The notes under the pieces: model-generated
Seen by the model: the letters and a program-made list of their open reading frames with translations, nothing else
Databases searched by the model: none
Told to the model about the DNA's origin: nothing
Shown: positions 40,801 through 54,514 of the stretch, one piece after another
Position numbering within the stretch: the first letter of the stretch is position 1
How the letters are laid out: each line of letters begins with the position of its first letter
Position numbers and translations under genes: made by a program
Assembly: GCA_051294375.1 (NCBI GenBank)
Contig: CM119266.1
Span: 11,675,609 to 11,739,608 of the forward strand
Source of the DNA: Paraspadella gotoi
Taxonomy: Eukaryota > Animalia > Chaetognatha
Length of the DNA stretch: 64,000 nucleotides
Direction: 5' to 3'

Positions 40801-41235
40801 CTCTTTCTCTCTCTCTCTCTCATTCTCTCTCTCACTCTCTTTTTAAAACAATAATTGTCGAAAAATTTAACGTTTTTCTCTCGAATCGAAATAATCGACG
40901 ATTATCGACGAAAACGACGACGACGACGAACAAAACGATGATGAAACGAAAATTTTGCTAATATATAACCGGACGGACGACTTTTTTTTCTACCTTCGCC
41001 GTTTCTCCTGGAGGGAAGAAGAACGAGATGAAACGAGAAGGAGAGAAGGAGAAAAGAGAGAAAAGAAGGAGACAAAAGAATATAAAGAAAGAAATCTCGG
41101 GTTTTAAAAACTCTTGTAAGAGATAAGATCTACAAGACGCGTTCCGCCTTTAATGTCTCCCTTCCTCCTGTTTACCGCAAACTTCGGGTTATTCGGGTTT
41201 TTGGCGCGTCGAAATTAATGACGGCCAAGGAAGGG

Positions 41236-41345
<110 letters not shown>

Positions 41346-43032
41346 TACGCGGGATATTTTTAGGGATTACGAATTCATTAGAAGAGGGGGCGGAGTAGTG
41401 AGGGGGGATGAAAAAGTGAGCTTGGGGCGGGAGAGGTAATTTCGAGTGAAGAAAAACTGAATTGTGAAGTCGCATACGACGAACCAGTTAACAGTTTTAG
41501 TTCGACTCGAATTCCCGTCTGTCTTCACCTTCGCCCCCCCCTCCCTAGGAAGCCTCGCCCCCACTTTCGACTCGGGCTATCTTCTTGCCCTACCACCCAA
41601 CCACCCGTCCATCCACTCGCCACCCACCTTCCACCCAACCCCTACTTCGCTTCACCGACTTTCGTTCAACCTTCGACTACCGAAAATCAAAACGGTTTTC
41701 ACGCTCGTGCCGACGCAGAACTTCGAATCCGCCGACACGGATTGTGAATTCTGCCGACGTAGATTTTAACTCCGTCGACGCATGTTTTGCTTCCGTCGAC
41801 GGAGATCTGGAGTTAGTCGATGCTAACGGATGGTAGATTCCGGTGACTTCGATAAGTACAGATTAAATCAATATCACTTTCTCACAAAATTCACTGTACG
41901 ACTCTGGATATTATTGGGAAACGTCTGAGATTTCTAAGGAGCCTTTACTCAAGGCAAAAAGCGTCCGCTCATAAAACCAAACCGCCCTTCACGATGCCGA
42001 CACTTTCGTCGATGATCTCGTCAGTACCGACACAAACGACAACCCGACAAACCCGACAAACCCGAAGGGCCCCGACACGGATCGTAAAGGTGCCTCGATC
42101 CTGATTTCCACGGATCTCCAGTGACGAGCGTCGTTTGTGTTCTTCTCCTCGTTGGCGTCGACGGTTTTGTGAAGTTTATCGTCGTCGTCGTCGTCATCGT
42201 CATCGTCGTCTCTGTCTCTCGATTATCGAGGACGATATCATTAACGACAACAACAACATCAAGGCGTCAATATTATTCCCAACGCAGTCGAAAGTTTAAC
42301 GATTTCAATTTGCCGACTTTTTTCACTTTGCGTAAGTATGTATAAATTATGTATTATGATTTTGAAAACAATAAAATATGTCAAATTACTTATGTTCGGT
42401 GTTCAACGCTTTGTTCAAGGCATGTTGATTGTTGAATCTAGGAAAATATATTTAATACGAGCAGTTTGTACTACGTAAATAAGGATTGGACCACAAAAGC
42501 TTATTTCTGTCCACAAACGGTTGAGTCACATCGCCTCAATGTCTCACCTCACCGCTTTAGCACCTCACCCACCGAAGCCGAAACTTTCCCGCATTACGAA
42601 TTCCCCTTCGTCACAAGACGCTGAGGGCAAAACGACTTCGGGGTGAGACCTACGGGGGAACGGTCAAAGCCAGACGGAGGGCCGAAGGGTGGCGGGCAAA
42701 GGCTTCGAGGGGCAGAGCGAGTGCCAAAAAAAAAGCGGGCAAAGGTTTTGCACGAGTCCGCAGATGGCGATCGCGACGGGTGGGGCGGTTGGATGGAGAG
42801 GGCAGAGGGAAAGGTGGAGAAGTGGACAGTTGGGTCAGCCGGGTCGGTCGGGGTCAAAAAAGCGTCATTGGGTCTAAGGGTCACCGCCGCCGGCGCCGAC
42901 CATTTCCTCCACTTTTCTCATCCGTTCAGACGAAGAAACTCATCGCGAATCCAATTGCATAATGATTGGTCACTTGGCTCGAAGAGGGAAGGTAGGGAAG
43001 GGTGATGGGGTCGAGTGGAATTTGGGGGAGAG

Positions 43033-43137
<105 letters not shown>

Positions 43138-44174
43138 GAGTGAGAGAGAGGAGTATGGTAAAGGTAATGCCGTATAAAGTTGATAATGAAAGAGATAGAA
43201 AAGAAATGAAATGGGTAAAAATTGAAGAAAAAATAGGTTTTTAAAAACTGATTACGGTCTGTTGAATTCTTTGTCTCTCTCTGTCACTCTCACTCTTAAA
43301 AAAAAAAAAAACTCGCACACAAACAAAACGAAAAAAACTAAAAAATAAGCCCCTCGTCGATGAGAGACGGAGAGCGAGAGCTAAGAGAGAAAAACAGAGA
43401 GCGAGAGAGCCAGAGCAGGTGCAAACCGCAGAGGAATGATAATCAACGCTTAACTAGGTTCCAAACGAATTGCCACATCATACGGAACTAAGTGAAAACA
43501 AACAAGAAGAGGAGGAGGGGAGGAGAAGAAGGAGGAAGAGGAGGAAGAGGAGGAAGAGGAGGAGGGGGCTAGGAGGAGGAGAAGCCAAACGGAAGCGATG
43601 AAAAGCGTCTCCGAGCGTCGAGAGTAGACACGTATGTATATAAACTCTGTTTATTTTTTTTTTGTTTTTTTGTTTTTTTCCTTCCGTTTTCTTCTTTTTT
43701 TTGCTTTGAGTTCTCGGAGGTGGCCGCCAGATGACAGTTCCTCCGGGAACTAAAGGCAGAAGGCAGAGTCGCTGGGCGGGCGTCTGTCATCGAGAGTCGT
43801 CGATGGGAGGGATTTTTTTAGTTTTCACCAAAAAGGAATAAATTATTAATAATACTAAAATAGATTGGATCGTAATTACTGCAAATTAAAATGTTAACGC
43901 GACTATAACTGCTTGAGGTTCTCTCGTCGTACCTTTTTTTTTCTTCGTGTTACCATAAAAAGCAATAAGCTGAAGCCTGGAGGGTCTCTGGGCAGCGGCG
44001 ATAACGACGACGACGACGACGAAGCCCGGAAAAATCAAGAAGGATGGGAGCAATTACCAAATATGGCACATTATGAGGAGGCGATGATTTCCTAACTTGA
44101 TATCGCCACCTCTATCATCGCTCGTCGGCCCCGGCGTATCGTTACAGGGATGAAGCCATCAGTGGACCAGACCC

Positions 44175-44296
<122 letters not shown>

Positions 44297-44620
44297 CTGT
44301 TTTCCGCAAACTAAGCTAATTCGTTATTAATTCGTGAAAGTTATATCTGAATCATCATAACGCGGGGAAAACGGTTTTTAATTCGGTTTCCAATTGCGAT
44401 GATGAAGATAGCGATAGCAGACAACTCGAGCAGACGATTCTGAATTACGAGTATATTACAAAATCAATAATAGAAACTACGCTTTTTTTCATTCGCCGTG
44501 TTACCGGGTAGCCGTGGTAAAAAATGTTTTTTCTAATTGTCTTATTTGAAAAAAAGTTAAATTCTTTTTAAGGCGCGATTCTCCGTGGTCGGCGAGTGAG
44601 ACCAGGTCGTGAAGGGTCTT

Positions 44621-44666
44621 TGACGGGGCCGTGACGGGGCCGTGACGGGGTCGTGACGGATCCGTG
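44621..44666. repeat. 11-bp tandem repeat (TGACGGGGCCG)x4, degenerate
   Basis: TGACGG recurs at 44621, 44632, 44643 and 44654. Confidence 0.8.
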
Positions 44667-45433
44667 CCGAGACCCTGACGATCGTGACAGGAGTCCGCTT
44701 TTTCGGCGTGGCAATCGGTTCGCCAGACGCGAGCGGTGAGACTTTTTTGGGTGGAAATGTGTTTAGCGAAATCCGTTCGGGATTTCTTTTTCTTCGAACC
44801 GCTAAAGTTTTGAAGTTGAAAATTGTTTATGTTTACCTTAACACTTAACTGGCAAATCTTCGTTCGTGACCTTATTATAAATTACAACATCTTATTAGAA
44901 TTTCTTAAACTTGGGATTTTAGACTAATCATTGCTAATAATCGAAAACAATGTTGGACTTTAGAGTAATTTTCTTTCAGTCCTTACTTCTCATTCACTTT
45001 CACACTACTTCCCCATCGCTTCTTCCCTCCTTTTCTCCTCATTTCTCGCCACGAGCAGCAACGACGCAAAAATTCCTGACGCGAGATGGAAAAATGGTTG
45101 ATGGAAAGTTTTTCTTACTATTTTTGCACGTAATAAATAATCCGGCTCATTTTTTTTGGACGGCGTAATTTTCTCTCTCTCTCTCTCTCTCCGTCTCTCT
45201 CTCCTTCTCATCTCATCTCCGTCTCTCCTCTCTCCTCTCTCTCTCTCTCTCTCTGTCGATTTTCCCTTTTCCCCGGCGATCGGGGTCTCATCATATTCGC
45301 GCTAAATCTTGCATGCGGTTCCGAATATGATGTCATCCTTGGGCCGCAAAGTGTTGATGATGGATGGAGTGATATAATTGGGAATGAATGAATATTGGCC
45401 TTTCTGAATCATACCCTCGGTGACGGAAGAAGA

Positions 45434-45487
<54 letters not shown>

Positions 45488-45951
45488 ATTTGATTTGAAT
45501 TTTTTGATTTGCAATGCTTCAAAAATGTGACAGTTAACACATTAACGATACATATTTGTGATGCAGAGCGGTACAGTAAATTTATGATACATAATCAAAA
45601 CCAATCAATGTATATAAGTCTATAGATGATAAGAGTATGAGAGAGTGTGAAGAGACTGGATGAGAAGTAGTAGTAGAGAGATGAGAGAGAGATTGAGATG
45701 AGAGATGAGTCATTGGAGATGAGAGTAGGGTAGAGAGAGAGAGTAGAGATTTATAGTTAATCAGGGGCGAAGTAATAGGTCAAATTAGTTAAACCAACCC
45801 TGTAAACATCACTTCGATTCAAAACTGAAATTAATTAACTTCCCCAAGACGCGACATTGAAATCTTGTCAAATAGACTCGGCAGAGGAACGAGGAACTGA
45901 AAACAAAGACTCCCGACGAAGACAGAGACAGAGAGAACGAATGATTTGTGT

Positions 45952-45954
<3 letters not shown>

Positions 45955-46032
<78 letters not shown>
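45955..46032. repeat. (GA)n microsatellite
   Basis: Pure dinucleotide tract. Confidence 0.97.
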
Positions 46033-46035
<3 letters not shown>

Positions 46036-46564
46036 TATTCTTTGGATTCTTTTACTGAGCCCACAGGGCATACGTTGTTCGGTCGACCGCGAGCCAGATC
46101 AATTTTCGTTTTAAACTGAGAAACGCGAAATTACAGTAAAGTTTTTTTCTTTTAGAAGAAATAATAAAAAAAGAATACTGTCTTCAAAAACTTATAAAAA
46201 TACAATTAGTTAAATAAAAAAAAACAATTAGTTCACGGGGAAACAAGAAATCGTTTTCGATTAACTCCGATATCTGCTTTTAATTAATCGACGCTTACAT
46301 TGTCAAACAAAAAGAGATTAAATATTCAAAGTCAAACATACAAACTGGTTTTAATCTTTGTCGTTTGGGTGTAGGAAGACGAGACAATCGGCAATTTGCA
46401 GAAGAAGGCGATCTGTGTTTTTTGACGCTCGTAATCGAGTTAAAGTGAAAAAAAGTAAAAGAAACTTTTAAGCAGAGAAAAAAAAATGAAAAAAAATAGA
46501 AACAAATAATGCTTGAGTTTTAATAGAAACAATGACTTTTGATTTTTAATTATAGAAAAATACA

Positions 46565-47875
46565 AAATGTAAAGTTAAAATAAAAAGAAAAGAAAAGAAA
46601 AAGAAAAAAAGGATAAANNNNNNNNNNNNNNNNNNNNNNNNNATGTAAGCCTTCTATCAAAATAAAAAGAAAAAGAAAAGAAAAAAAAAAAGGATAAAAA
46701 TGTAAGCCTTGCTTCAAATAAAAAAGAAAGAAACGAAAAAGAAAAAAAAGGAATCAAAGATTAAAGCCTTCTTCAAATCAAAAAGAAAAGAAAAAGAAAA
46801 AAGAAAAGAAAGGATAAATGTAAGCCTTCTTCAAATAAAAATGAAAAAGAAAAAGAAAAAGAAAAAAAAGGATAAAAATGTAAAAGCCTTCTTCAATATA
46901 AGAAAGAAGAAAAAGAAAAAGAAAAAAGATAAAATGTAAGCTTCTTCAAATAAGAAAGAAAAGAAAAGAAAAAGAAAAAAAAAGGATAAAAGTGTAAGCC
47001 TTCATTGCCAAATAAAAAGAAAAAGTAAAAAGAAAAAGAAAAAAAGGATAAAATGTAAGCCTTCTTCAAATAAAAGAAAAGAAAAGAAAAAGAAAAAAGG
47101 ATAAAATGTACGCTTCTTCAAAATAAAAAGAAAAGAAAAGAAAAAGAAAAAAAAAGATAAAATGTAAGCCTTCTTCAAATAAAAAGAAAAGAAAAAGAAA
47201 AAAGAAAAAAAAGGATAAAATGTAAGCCTTCTTCAAATAAAAAGAAAAGAAAAGAAAAGAAAAAAAAGGTATAAAATGTAAGCCTTTTTCCAAATAAAAA
47301 GAAAAGAAAGAAGAAAGAAAAAAAAAGGATAAAATTAAGCCTTCTTCAAAATAAAAGAAAAGAAAAAGAAAAAGAAAAAAAAGGATAAAATATTAAGCCT
47401 TCTTCCAAATTAAAGAAGAAAAGAAAAGAAAAGAAAAGAAAATGGGATAAGAATGTAAGCCCTTCTTTCAAATATAAAAAGAAAAGAAAGAAAAGAAAAA
47501 AGGATAAAATGTAAGCCTCTCTCAAATATAAAAGTAAAAAGAAAGAAAAAGAAAATAAAAGGATAAAATGTAAGCCTTACTTCAAATAAAAAGAAAAGTA
47601 AAAAGAAAAAGAAAAAAGAGGATAAAATCGGTAAGCCTTCTCAAATAAAAAAGAAAAGAAAAGAAAAAAGAAAAAGGTAAAAATGTAGCCTTCCTTCAAA
47701 TAAAAAAGAAAAAGAAAGAAAAAGCAAAGATAAAAAGTGAACTTCCAAAAAAAAAAAGGATAAATGTAAGCCTTCTCAATAAAAAAGAAAAGAAAAGAAT
47801 AAAACCTTCTTCAAATGAAAAAAAAAAAAGAAAAGGATAAAATGTAAGCCTTCTTCAAATAAAAGAAAAGAAAAG
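46565..47875. repeat. ~55-60-bp A-rich minisatellite, >20 units (consensus ~GGATAAAATGTAAGCCTTCTTCAAATAAAAAGAAAAGAAAAGAAAAAGAAAAAAA)
   Basis: The AATGTAAGCCTTCTTCAAAT core recurs every ~55-60 bp. The array contains a 25-N gap (46618-46642), so its copy number is unreliable. Confidence 0.92.
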
Positions 47876-48389
47876 GTTGTCCCGAAAACGCGATCGGCGA
47901 CGATTACGACTTCGACTTTTCCTCCCGACGATCGAGTTGAGAAAGACCGAAAGCGGCGGGGGACCCCGTCTCGCGCCGCAGTAATGATCAATGATGATTA
48001 AGCGCCTGAATAGGCCCCTCGCCGGGCGCCCAGGCGGGGTCCGCGGCCACGGNNNNNNNNNNNNNNNNNNNNNNNNNNNNNNNNNNNNNNNNNNNNNNNN
48101 NNNNNNNNNNNNNNNNNNNNNNNNNNNNNNNNNNNNNNNNNNNNNNNNNNNNNNNNNNNNNNNNNNNNNNNNNNNNNNNNNNNNNNNNNNNNNNNNNNNN
48201 NNNNNNNNNNNNNNNNNNNNNNNNNNNNNNNNNNNNNNNNNCGGGAGTTTTAAAGGAAAAAAGTTTGACAAACTTTGGCATAAAAAGATGAATAAATATG
48301 AAATTAAGAGCAATTCGTTCTTTGAGGAAATTTTTCAAGAGATTTTCTAAAGAAGAAAAGTTTTTTCTCTTCTCATTTTCTCCTTTTTC

Positions 48390-48422
<33 letters not shown>

Positions 48423-48546
48423 AATCTTTTAAACCTCATTACTTTTCTCTTTCCTTTCAGATCATCTTTAAATAGAGACAGTTGAACGGGAAAACTAGAC
48501 GGAAATTAATTGAAGAAAAATGAGCAGGGGGAAACGACAAGATTCC

Positions 48547-48656
<110 letters not shown>

Positions 48657-49114
48657 ATTCCACTCCACGCCAGTCCTTCGTTAATAATGATAGAAATGAA
48701 AGTGATGGAGCGAGAGCAAGAGAGCGAAAGAGAAAGGGAGAGCGAGAGAAAGTGCGAAAGAGAGAGAGAGAGAGAGAGAAAAAAAAAAGAAAATGAAGAC
48801 GAATGAATCGGAAACGTTTGAGTGGATGATACCCCATTGCGATTGCGCGAGGGAGGGGGGGCGAAGAGGGAGGGAAAGGGAGAGACCTCTGGAGGTAAAA
48901 AATAAAAATTAAAGGAAGAGGTAGATGAGGGGAGGAAAATAGAGAGATAGAGACGGAGTGGTTTGTTTTCCATGCACCTCCTCTCTTTTTCCCCCCACCT
49001 TTGGCTCGTTTATTCTCATTCCTCTTCTCCGGAGTGATCATCTGTCAGCCTTTAATCCACCGCCCCTGATTGAGGACGCGTATGATGAGACGTGGAAGAG
49101 GGAACCAATGGGAA

Positions 49115-49222
<108 letters not shown>

Positions 49223-49430
49223 GAAAAAAAAGCCGTCGTGTAAATTTGACGGCTTCCGCCCATGAATTTTAATCTTCGATCGAAGCTTCGGTTTTCATTC
49301 GATGTTTGGATTCAGAAATAAGAGACAATAAAAATACGCACGTAGGATAAAATAGAAATTAAAAACTAACAAAAAAAACGAAGAAACAAAAAACATTATA
49401 TTTAAAAGAAACGTTTCTGCCCTATCGTCT

Positions 49431-49462
<32 letters not shown>

Positions 49463-51025
49463 CACATTCCTTTCCATGTTTCAACTTCAACGGGGGAAAT
49501 TTACTCCCCTGTGGAAGCGAGTTTGTCACGACGAAGGCTCACCGCCCTCAGCGTTCTCCCGAGCCTCAGCCGCCGCCGCAGCCGCCGCCGCTGCTGAGAC
49601 GGCAAACGCGGTCGCTGCCCCTAATGCGGCAGCGGCGAAAGCAGCAGCAAAACCGGGAAATCATCTCATAAAATCAGAAGCTATTAACTTCTTCACAGGT
49701 AATTAAGAAGAAGCTGTAATGATGTTGGAAGCTGCGCGGCAGGGGGGGAAGAAAGAAACTCCGGGCGACGATGTCGATGACGTAACGACGACGACGACGA
49801 AGATGTAAACAAAAAACTAAAACGAAAACTAAAATAAGGGGGAAAAAAACCAAAGTCAATGCAGCCAAGTGACACGATACTTAGACGTCGGCGAAAAAAA
49901 GCGTATCTCACTTGCACGCCACTTTTATTGTTTCACATATTCTCTGCTAAGAGAGATAGTGAGGGCGACAGAGAGAGAGAGAGAGTGAGAGAGAGAGAGA
50001 GAAATGGGGAGCTCTTCTGTGGTGTTTTCTGTTGACTCATTATTTTCTAATCAATTTAGTTGATTACTATCGCGGCTGGGAAATAGAAGGAAAACGAGGC
50101 GACGACGACGACGAGAGCGACGACGAGAAGAACGACGACGACGCGTCGCTACTATTTACCCTTCGGGCCAGGAAACCAAGTGATCATGTACCCATGTGCA
50201 CTCCATGAATTGTTAAACATCCACTAAATCACAAACAAAGGGAAATTAAAGAGGGAAGGCGTGCGACGGGGAAGGAAAGAGAATGAAGGGAGGAAAGGAA
50301 GAGGAAGAGAGGGAGGAAAGGGGGAAGAAGAAGAGATAAACATAAAGAGGAGAGCACACGGAAGGGATTGAGGAAAGTAAGTAGACAAATAGATCACACA
50401 AATAAAAGCAAAGCAAAGTAAAGGTAATTTTGATCGTTGCCTCAAAAAATAAATAAAGAAATAGTTAAACCAATAAAAATATAGTTTGGATTCCAAATCT
50501 CTTGTGATGAGTCAGACGAAAGATTTGCAACCCGTTTCTTTTTGACTTTGTCGGCGTTTGAGACACAATGTAATTATTGTATTGCGAACGCGCGACGGTT
50601 AAATTTCCACCGCGTAACGTCTTTTTGAAACTGAAAGCGATAATAAATGTACGGATTTTTGAATTATGGTCGTGAGTCAAAAAACCTTACGACTTACGAA
50701 ACTACGTCGTTACTTTATAAATTATAGAGACACGGAAATTTCCGGTCTGGTTATGCTAATAATTTGCAAAAGTAAAAATGAAACGATTACTTAAAAAAGC
50801 GATTTAGGAAAATGTCTTCAGAAAAAAAAGTTTCTCTTTTAACACATGTTGACTTTTTTTATGTGAGCTTAATAAATTTCAAGCTTTCATAAATAAGTTA
50901 TAATAAACTCACTTAAATCTCCGCAAAAAATGTCAAAAATGTTTCTCTCACATTTCATTCATAAGTTAATTTAACTATTTCAGGATTAAAATAATTCTTA
51001 AAAAGAAAACAAAATAGCAACTTAC

Positions 51026-51578
51026 CGTTGTTTTTCCTCGGCGACGAATCGACGCTCGAATTGGGAGAACAGACGAACTCGTTCTCCGAATCCGGGTCGT
51101 CGGACACGGGATCAACGAAGGGCGAAGGGGGCGCCCGCGGAGGCGCGCCGGGCGAAGGCGGCGCTCCCGTGTGGACGGAAAGCGGCGCCACCAAGTGTGG
51201 CGGTGCTCGTCCCGGCGACGAAGTTGAAGACGGCGGCGACGGCGACCTTCCCAACGCAGAAGGAAGGAGATGGTTGACGCCGGGATGATGGACGGGGTGA
51301 GTGTGGGCCGGAAACGGCGCCAGGAGAGGCGAGGCGGCGCCGTGAGGAGCGCCGGCGCCGCCGCCAAGGGCAGGGTGGTGAGGATGATGAGGGTGGTGAG
51401 GGTGGTGATGGGCGAGCGGGTGGTGGGGCAAAGGATAGTGGGGGGATGGGTGGTGGTAGTTTCGAGGGAGTTCGTCGGCCAGCGACATCACGGGAGATTT
51501 TTTGGGCAGAACGTGATGATGATGATGATGATGATGGTGATGATCTTGGTCGAACATCTCGCCGTGACGGGGTTTCAT
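51026..51578 (-). CDS. First coding exon (184 aa + 1 nt) of a His/Pro/Ser-rich developmental transcription factor, tentatively homeobox even-skipped/Evx-like; remaining exons not found in window
   Basis: GC-rich island between AT-rich flanks. ATG in CAAATG context with an in-frame TGA 12 codons upstream. The His10 tract uses mixed CAT/CAC codons. Composition drops abruptly at a perfect donor G|GTAAGT (51026|51025, phase 1). The colinear motifs HH..SPV..LADELPRNY..PPSP..NEFVCSPNSS loosely recall the Drosophila Eve N-terminus from memory, but no homeodomain is seen, so no symbol is assigned. Confidence 0.8.
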
Positions 51579-52561
51579 TTGAAGAGGGACTCGAGGGGAA
51601 GGACCGGAGGGTCAACTTGTGATTCGTTTGATGTCCAAAGTTCCTTCGATCGAATTCGTCCAAGTCTTTGGGGTTTTTTTTTTAACAAACCCGTGGATTA
51701 TGATTTTTTTTTATTCCGAAGGGATAAGATCGCTTTGTTCCTTTTGTTTGTTGGATTTTGTTTTTAATTAAACAATTTTCGGGAATTGCTTTTTTTGAAT
51801 TTAAGAGTTTTAAAAATTAATCAATGTGATTTTTATTTAAATATCACTTAAATTCACGTTCAATAAAAATTTTAAAAATTAAATTTCGAGTCAAGAAAAA
51901 CAAATCAAGTGGTTTTTTTTTTTTCCTTTATGCGAATCGAGGTGGGAGATTATCTCCGGAGAAAGAGACGAAGAGAATTAACGTATGCAAATGAGATTTA
52001 AAGCTTCCGACAAAAGCGAAGTGGTTTTTTTTTTTTTTTCTTCCGTCGAACGCGAATCGAGAGTGCGAGCTTCACTTCGAGTCTTTTTCCTCTTTATTGT
52101 TACGAGACAGACAGAGACAGAGAGAGATAGAGAGAGAGAGAGAGACGCTCCATGAAACCAAGAAAACATGACGAGAACCGACGGCGACGGGGGACACCGA
52201 TCATCGTCGTCGTTATCGTCGTCGGAATCGTCGCCGTCTCGAATCGTCGTCGCTGTCGTCGTCGCCGTCGTCGCCGTCGTCGCGTGCAGCGTCGCGAGCC
52301 GACGACGAACGAGACCGAAATAAGAGTTTTTTTTCTCTCGGAGGGGGAGCGGGAGGAAGAGGAGCGACAGCAAGGCCAATGGGAGGAGGAAGAGGAAGAA
52401 GACGAGGTGGCGTGAACGCAGTGGGAAAGGGAAGAGCAGACGGGGGAGAAAAAGAAATTCGGAGGGGAACGGTTAAACGATGGAAGTCTATTACGATTAA
52501 CAAAATATCTGGCGGCGGCGCTTTGGAGGTCGGAACTCTCTCTCTCNNNNNNNNNNTCTCT

Positions 52562-52597
<36 letters not shown>

Positions 52598-54440
52598 ATC
52601 TCTCTCTCACTTGTTTTATTCGCTGTGGGAAATGGTAGGTGAGTTTTAGGAAGTTGTGAGGAATTATCTGTTTCAAAGGATTTAGGGCTATTCAAATTAA
52701 GGTAAATAATTTTAAATATAAGATAATAAATAAATGAATAGTTATAAAGAAAGCCATCGAGCTGAACAAACAAAAATACAAACGCACAAAGAGCGATAGG
52801 ATAAAAAAAGAGAAAATAGAGAGATGATCCCAGGAAATGTTGGTCGTTCTCTTTGCGCATCTGTCGCCCTAGCGATCCACTATAAGATGGAAAAAAACGG
52901 ATGCCATATATCAACGATGATGACGGCAGAAACACTTTAAAAAGCTCCAGTCGCCTCTAATGGTAATGAGCTCATTAGGCACTTAAAACGGAAAGAATTA
53001 AATCGATTCTAAGGGGGAAAAGATTCTTTTCGTCTGCAGCTGCGGCGCGAGTCGGGTAGAGAGAGAGANNNNNNNNNNNNNNNNNNNNNNNNNNNNNNNN
53101 NNNNNNNNNNNNNNNNNNNNNNNNNNNNNNNNNNNNNNNNNNNNNNNNNNNNNNNNNNNNNNNNNNNNNNNNNNNNNNNNNNNNNNNNNNNNNNNNNNNN
53201 NNNNNNNNNNNNNNNNNNNNNNNNNNNNNNNNNNNNNNNNNNNNNNNNNNNNNNNNNNNNNNNNNNNNNNNNNNNNNNNNNNNNNNNNNNNNNNNNNNNN
53301 NNNNNNNNNNNNNNNNNNNNNNNNNNNNNNNNNNNNNNNNNNNNNNNNNNNNNNNNNNNNNNNNNNNNNNNNNNNNNNNNNNNNNNNNTTTCCTATTTCT
53401 TTTTTTTTCATTTTTAGACCGTTTTGCCCGGAGGAAATTCTAGATCTGGGGTAAATAACCCTTCTGTAAAGATTGTAAAGTAGAATTAATGGCATCAATC
53501 AATTTTAAAATCTTTACCGCGGATTAGAATATTGGTGCGCAATCTATGATTTTATTAAAAAGCGAAGCTCTTTTTTGAACAAAAAAAAAAACAAAATTAT
53601 AAACTTATCAACACCAATTATGCGGTTATATTTAGTAAATAGTATAGTTAAAATTTGATAAAATAAACAAAACATCATCGTGCTTCTCCTTCTTTCTTTT
53701 TTCAGCTTGACGACACTAATTGTTGACTGTATCTCTTGACAAATGGAAACCATAATCGCCGAAACACGAAAATTTTATCATTACTCAAGATCGTACTCGT
53801 ATCATTTCTCACAGTCACTGATAAAATAGTCGAAATATCGTTTTTCACAATTATTGTTCCACCGGTTGTACTAGGCGTCATTATTCACTATCCTTGTTCA
53901 AGCAGACAGCCTCGCCACGAAAACCGGACGAAAATGTCATTGGAACTCGCGAAGCGTGTAATCTCAAAATGTTACGCTTGGCTGAATTTCGAGTGTTTCA
54001 GCGACAACGTATAAATGATGGAGGATAAAACACCCTTGCCTTGGGATTTGAAGTTGGAAAGAGGATTGATTATAGATTTCGCTCAAACGTAATACAATTT
54101 AATTCTGGAATATATACTATATCATCGACATAACATGGTCACTTTTGGTCAGTAAAAAACACTTGAGAAAGCGATAACTTTGAAAAAAAATGTAATTGTT
54201 TGACTCGATTTCAACATCGTGTAAATCGTTTCAGTTTCACTGTCCTCGTAAAACATAAAACCCTTTTCTACTTCGCATTGTCAAAGCACTAAAACTGTTT
54301 CCGACGCAAAAATTATTCATTATTATTTATTATTATTCACGTCGGTCATCGCGTTATCGTAATGAAAAATCACCGTCGTCGGTAATTAAGCCAACGAAGC
54401 GAATTTCGAATATTGGCTCCACTTTCGCGCCAATTCGTGC

Positions 54441-54514
<74 letters not shown>

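Noticed and set aside
41770-41804. Hairpin CTCCGTCGACG-loop-CGTCGACGGAG as a pre-miRNA
   Set aside because: The stem is only ~11 bp and built from a self-palindromic CGTCGACG word common here; it matches no miRNA I recognise.
46565-47875. CRISPR-like repeat-spacer array
   Set aside because: The inter-core sequences are near-identical A-rich tracts rather than unique spacers; the context is eukaryotic and there are no cas genes.
49476-49706. Poly-Ala stretch as exon 2 of the TF (similar GCC-rich islands at ~19900, ~21660 and ~38350)
   Set aside because: Candidate minus-strand acceptors lead quickly to stops in the required phase, and GCN-rich tracts are common in this DNA.
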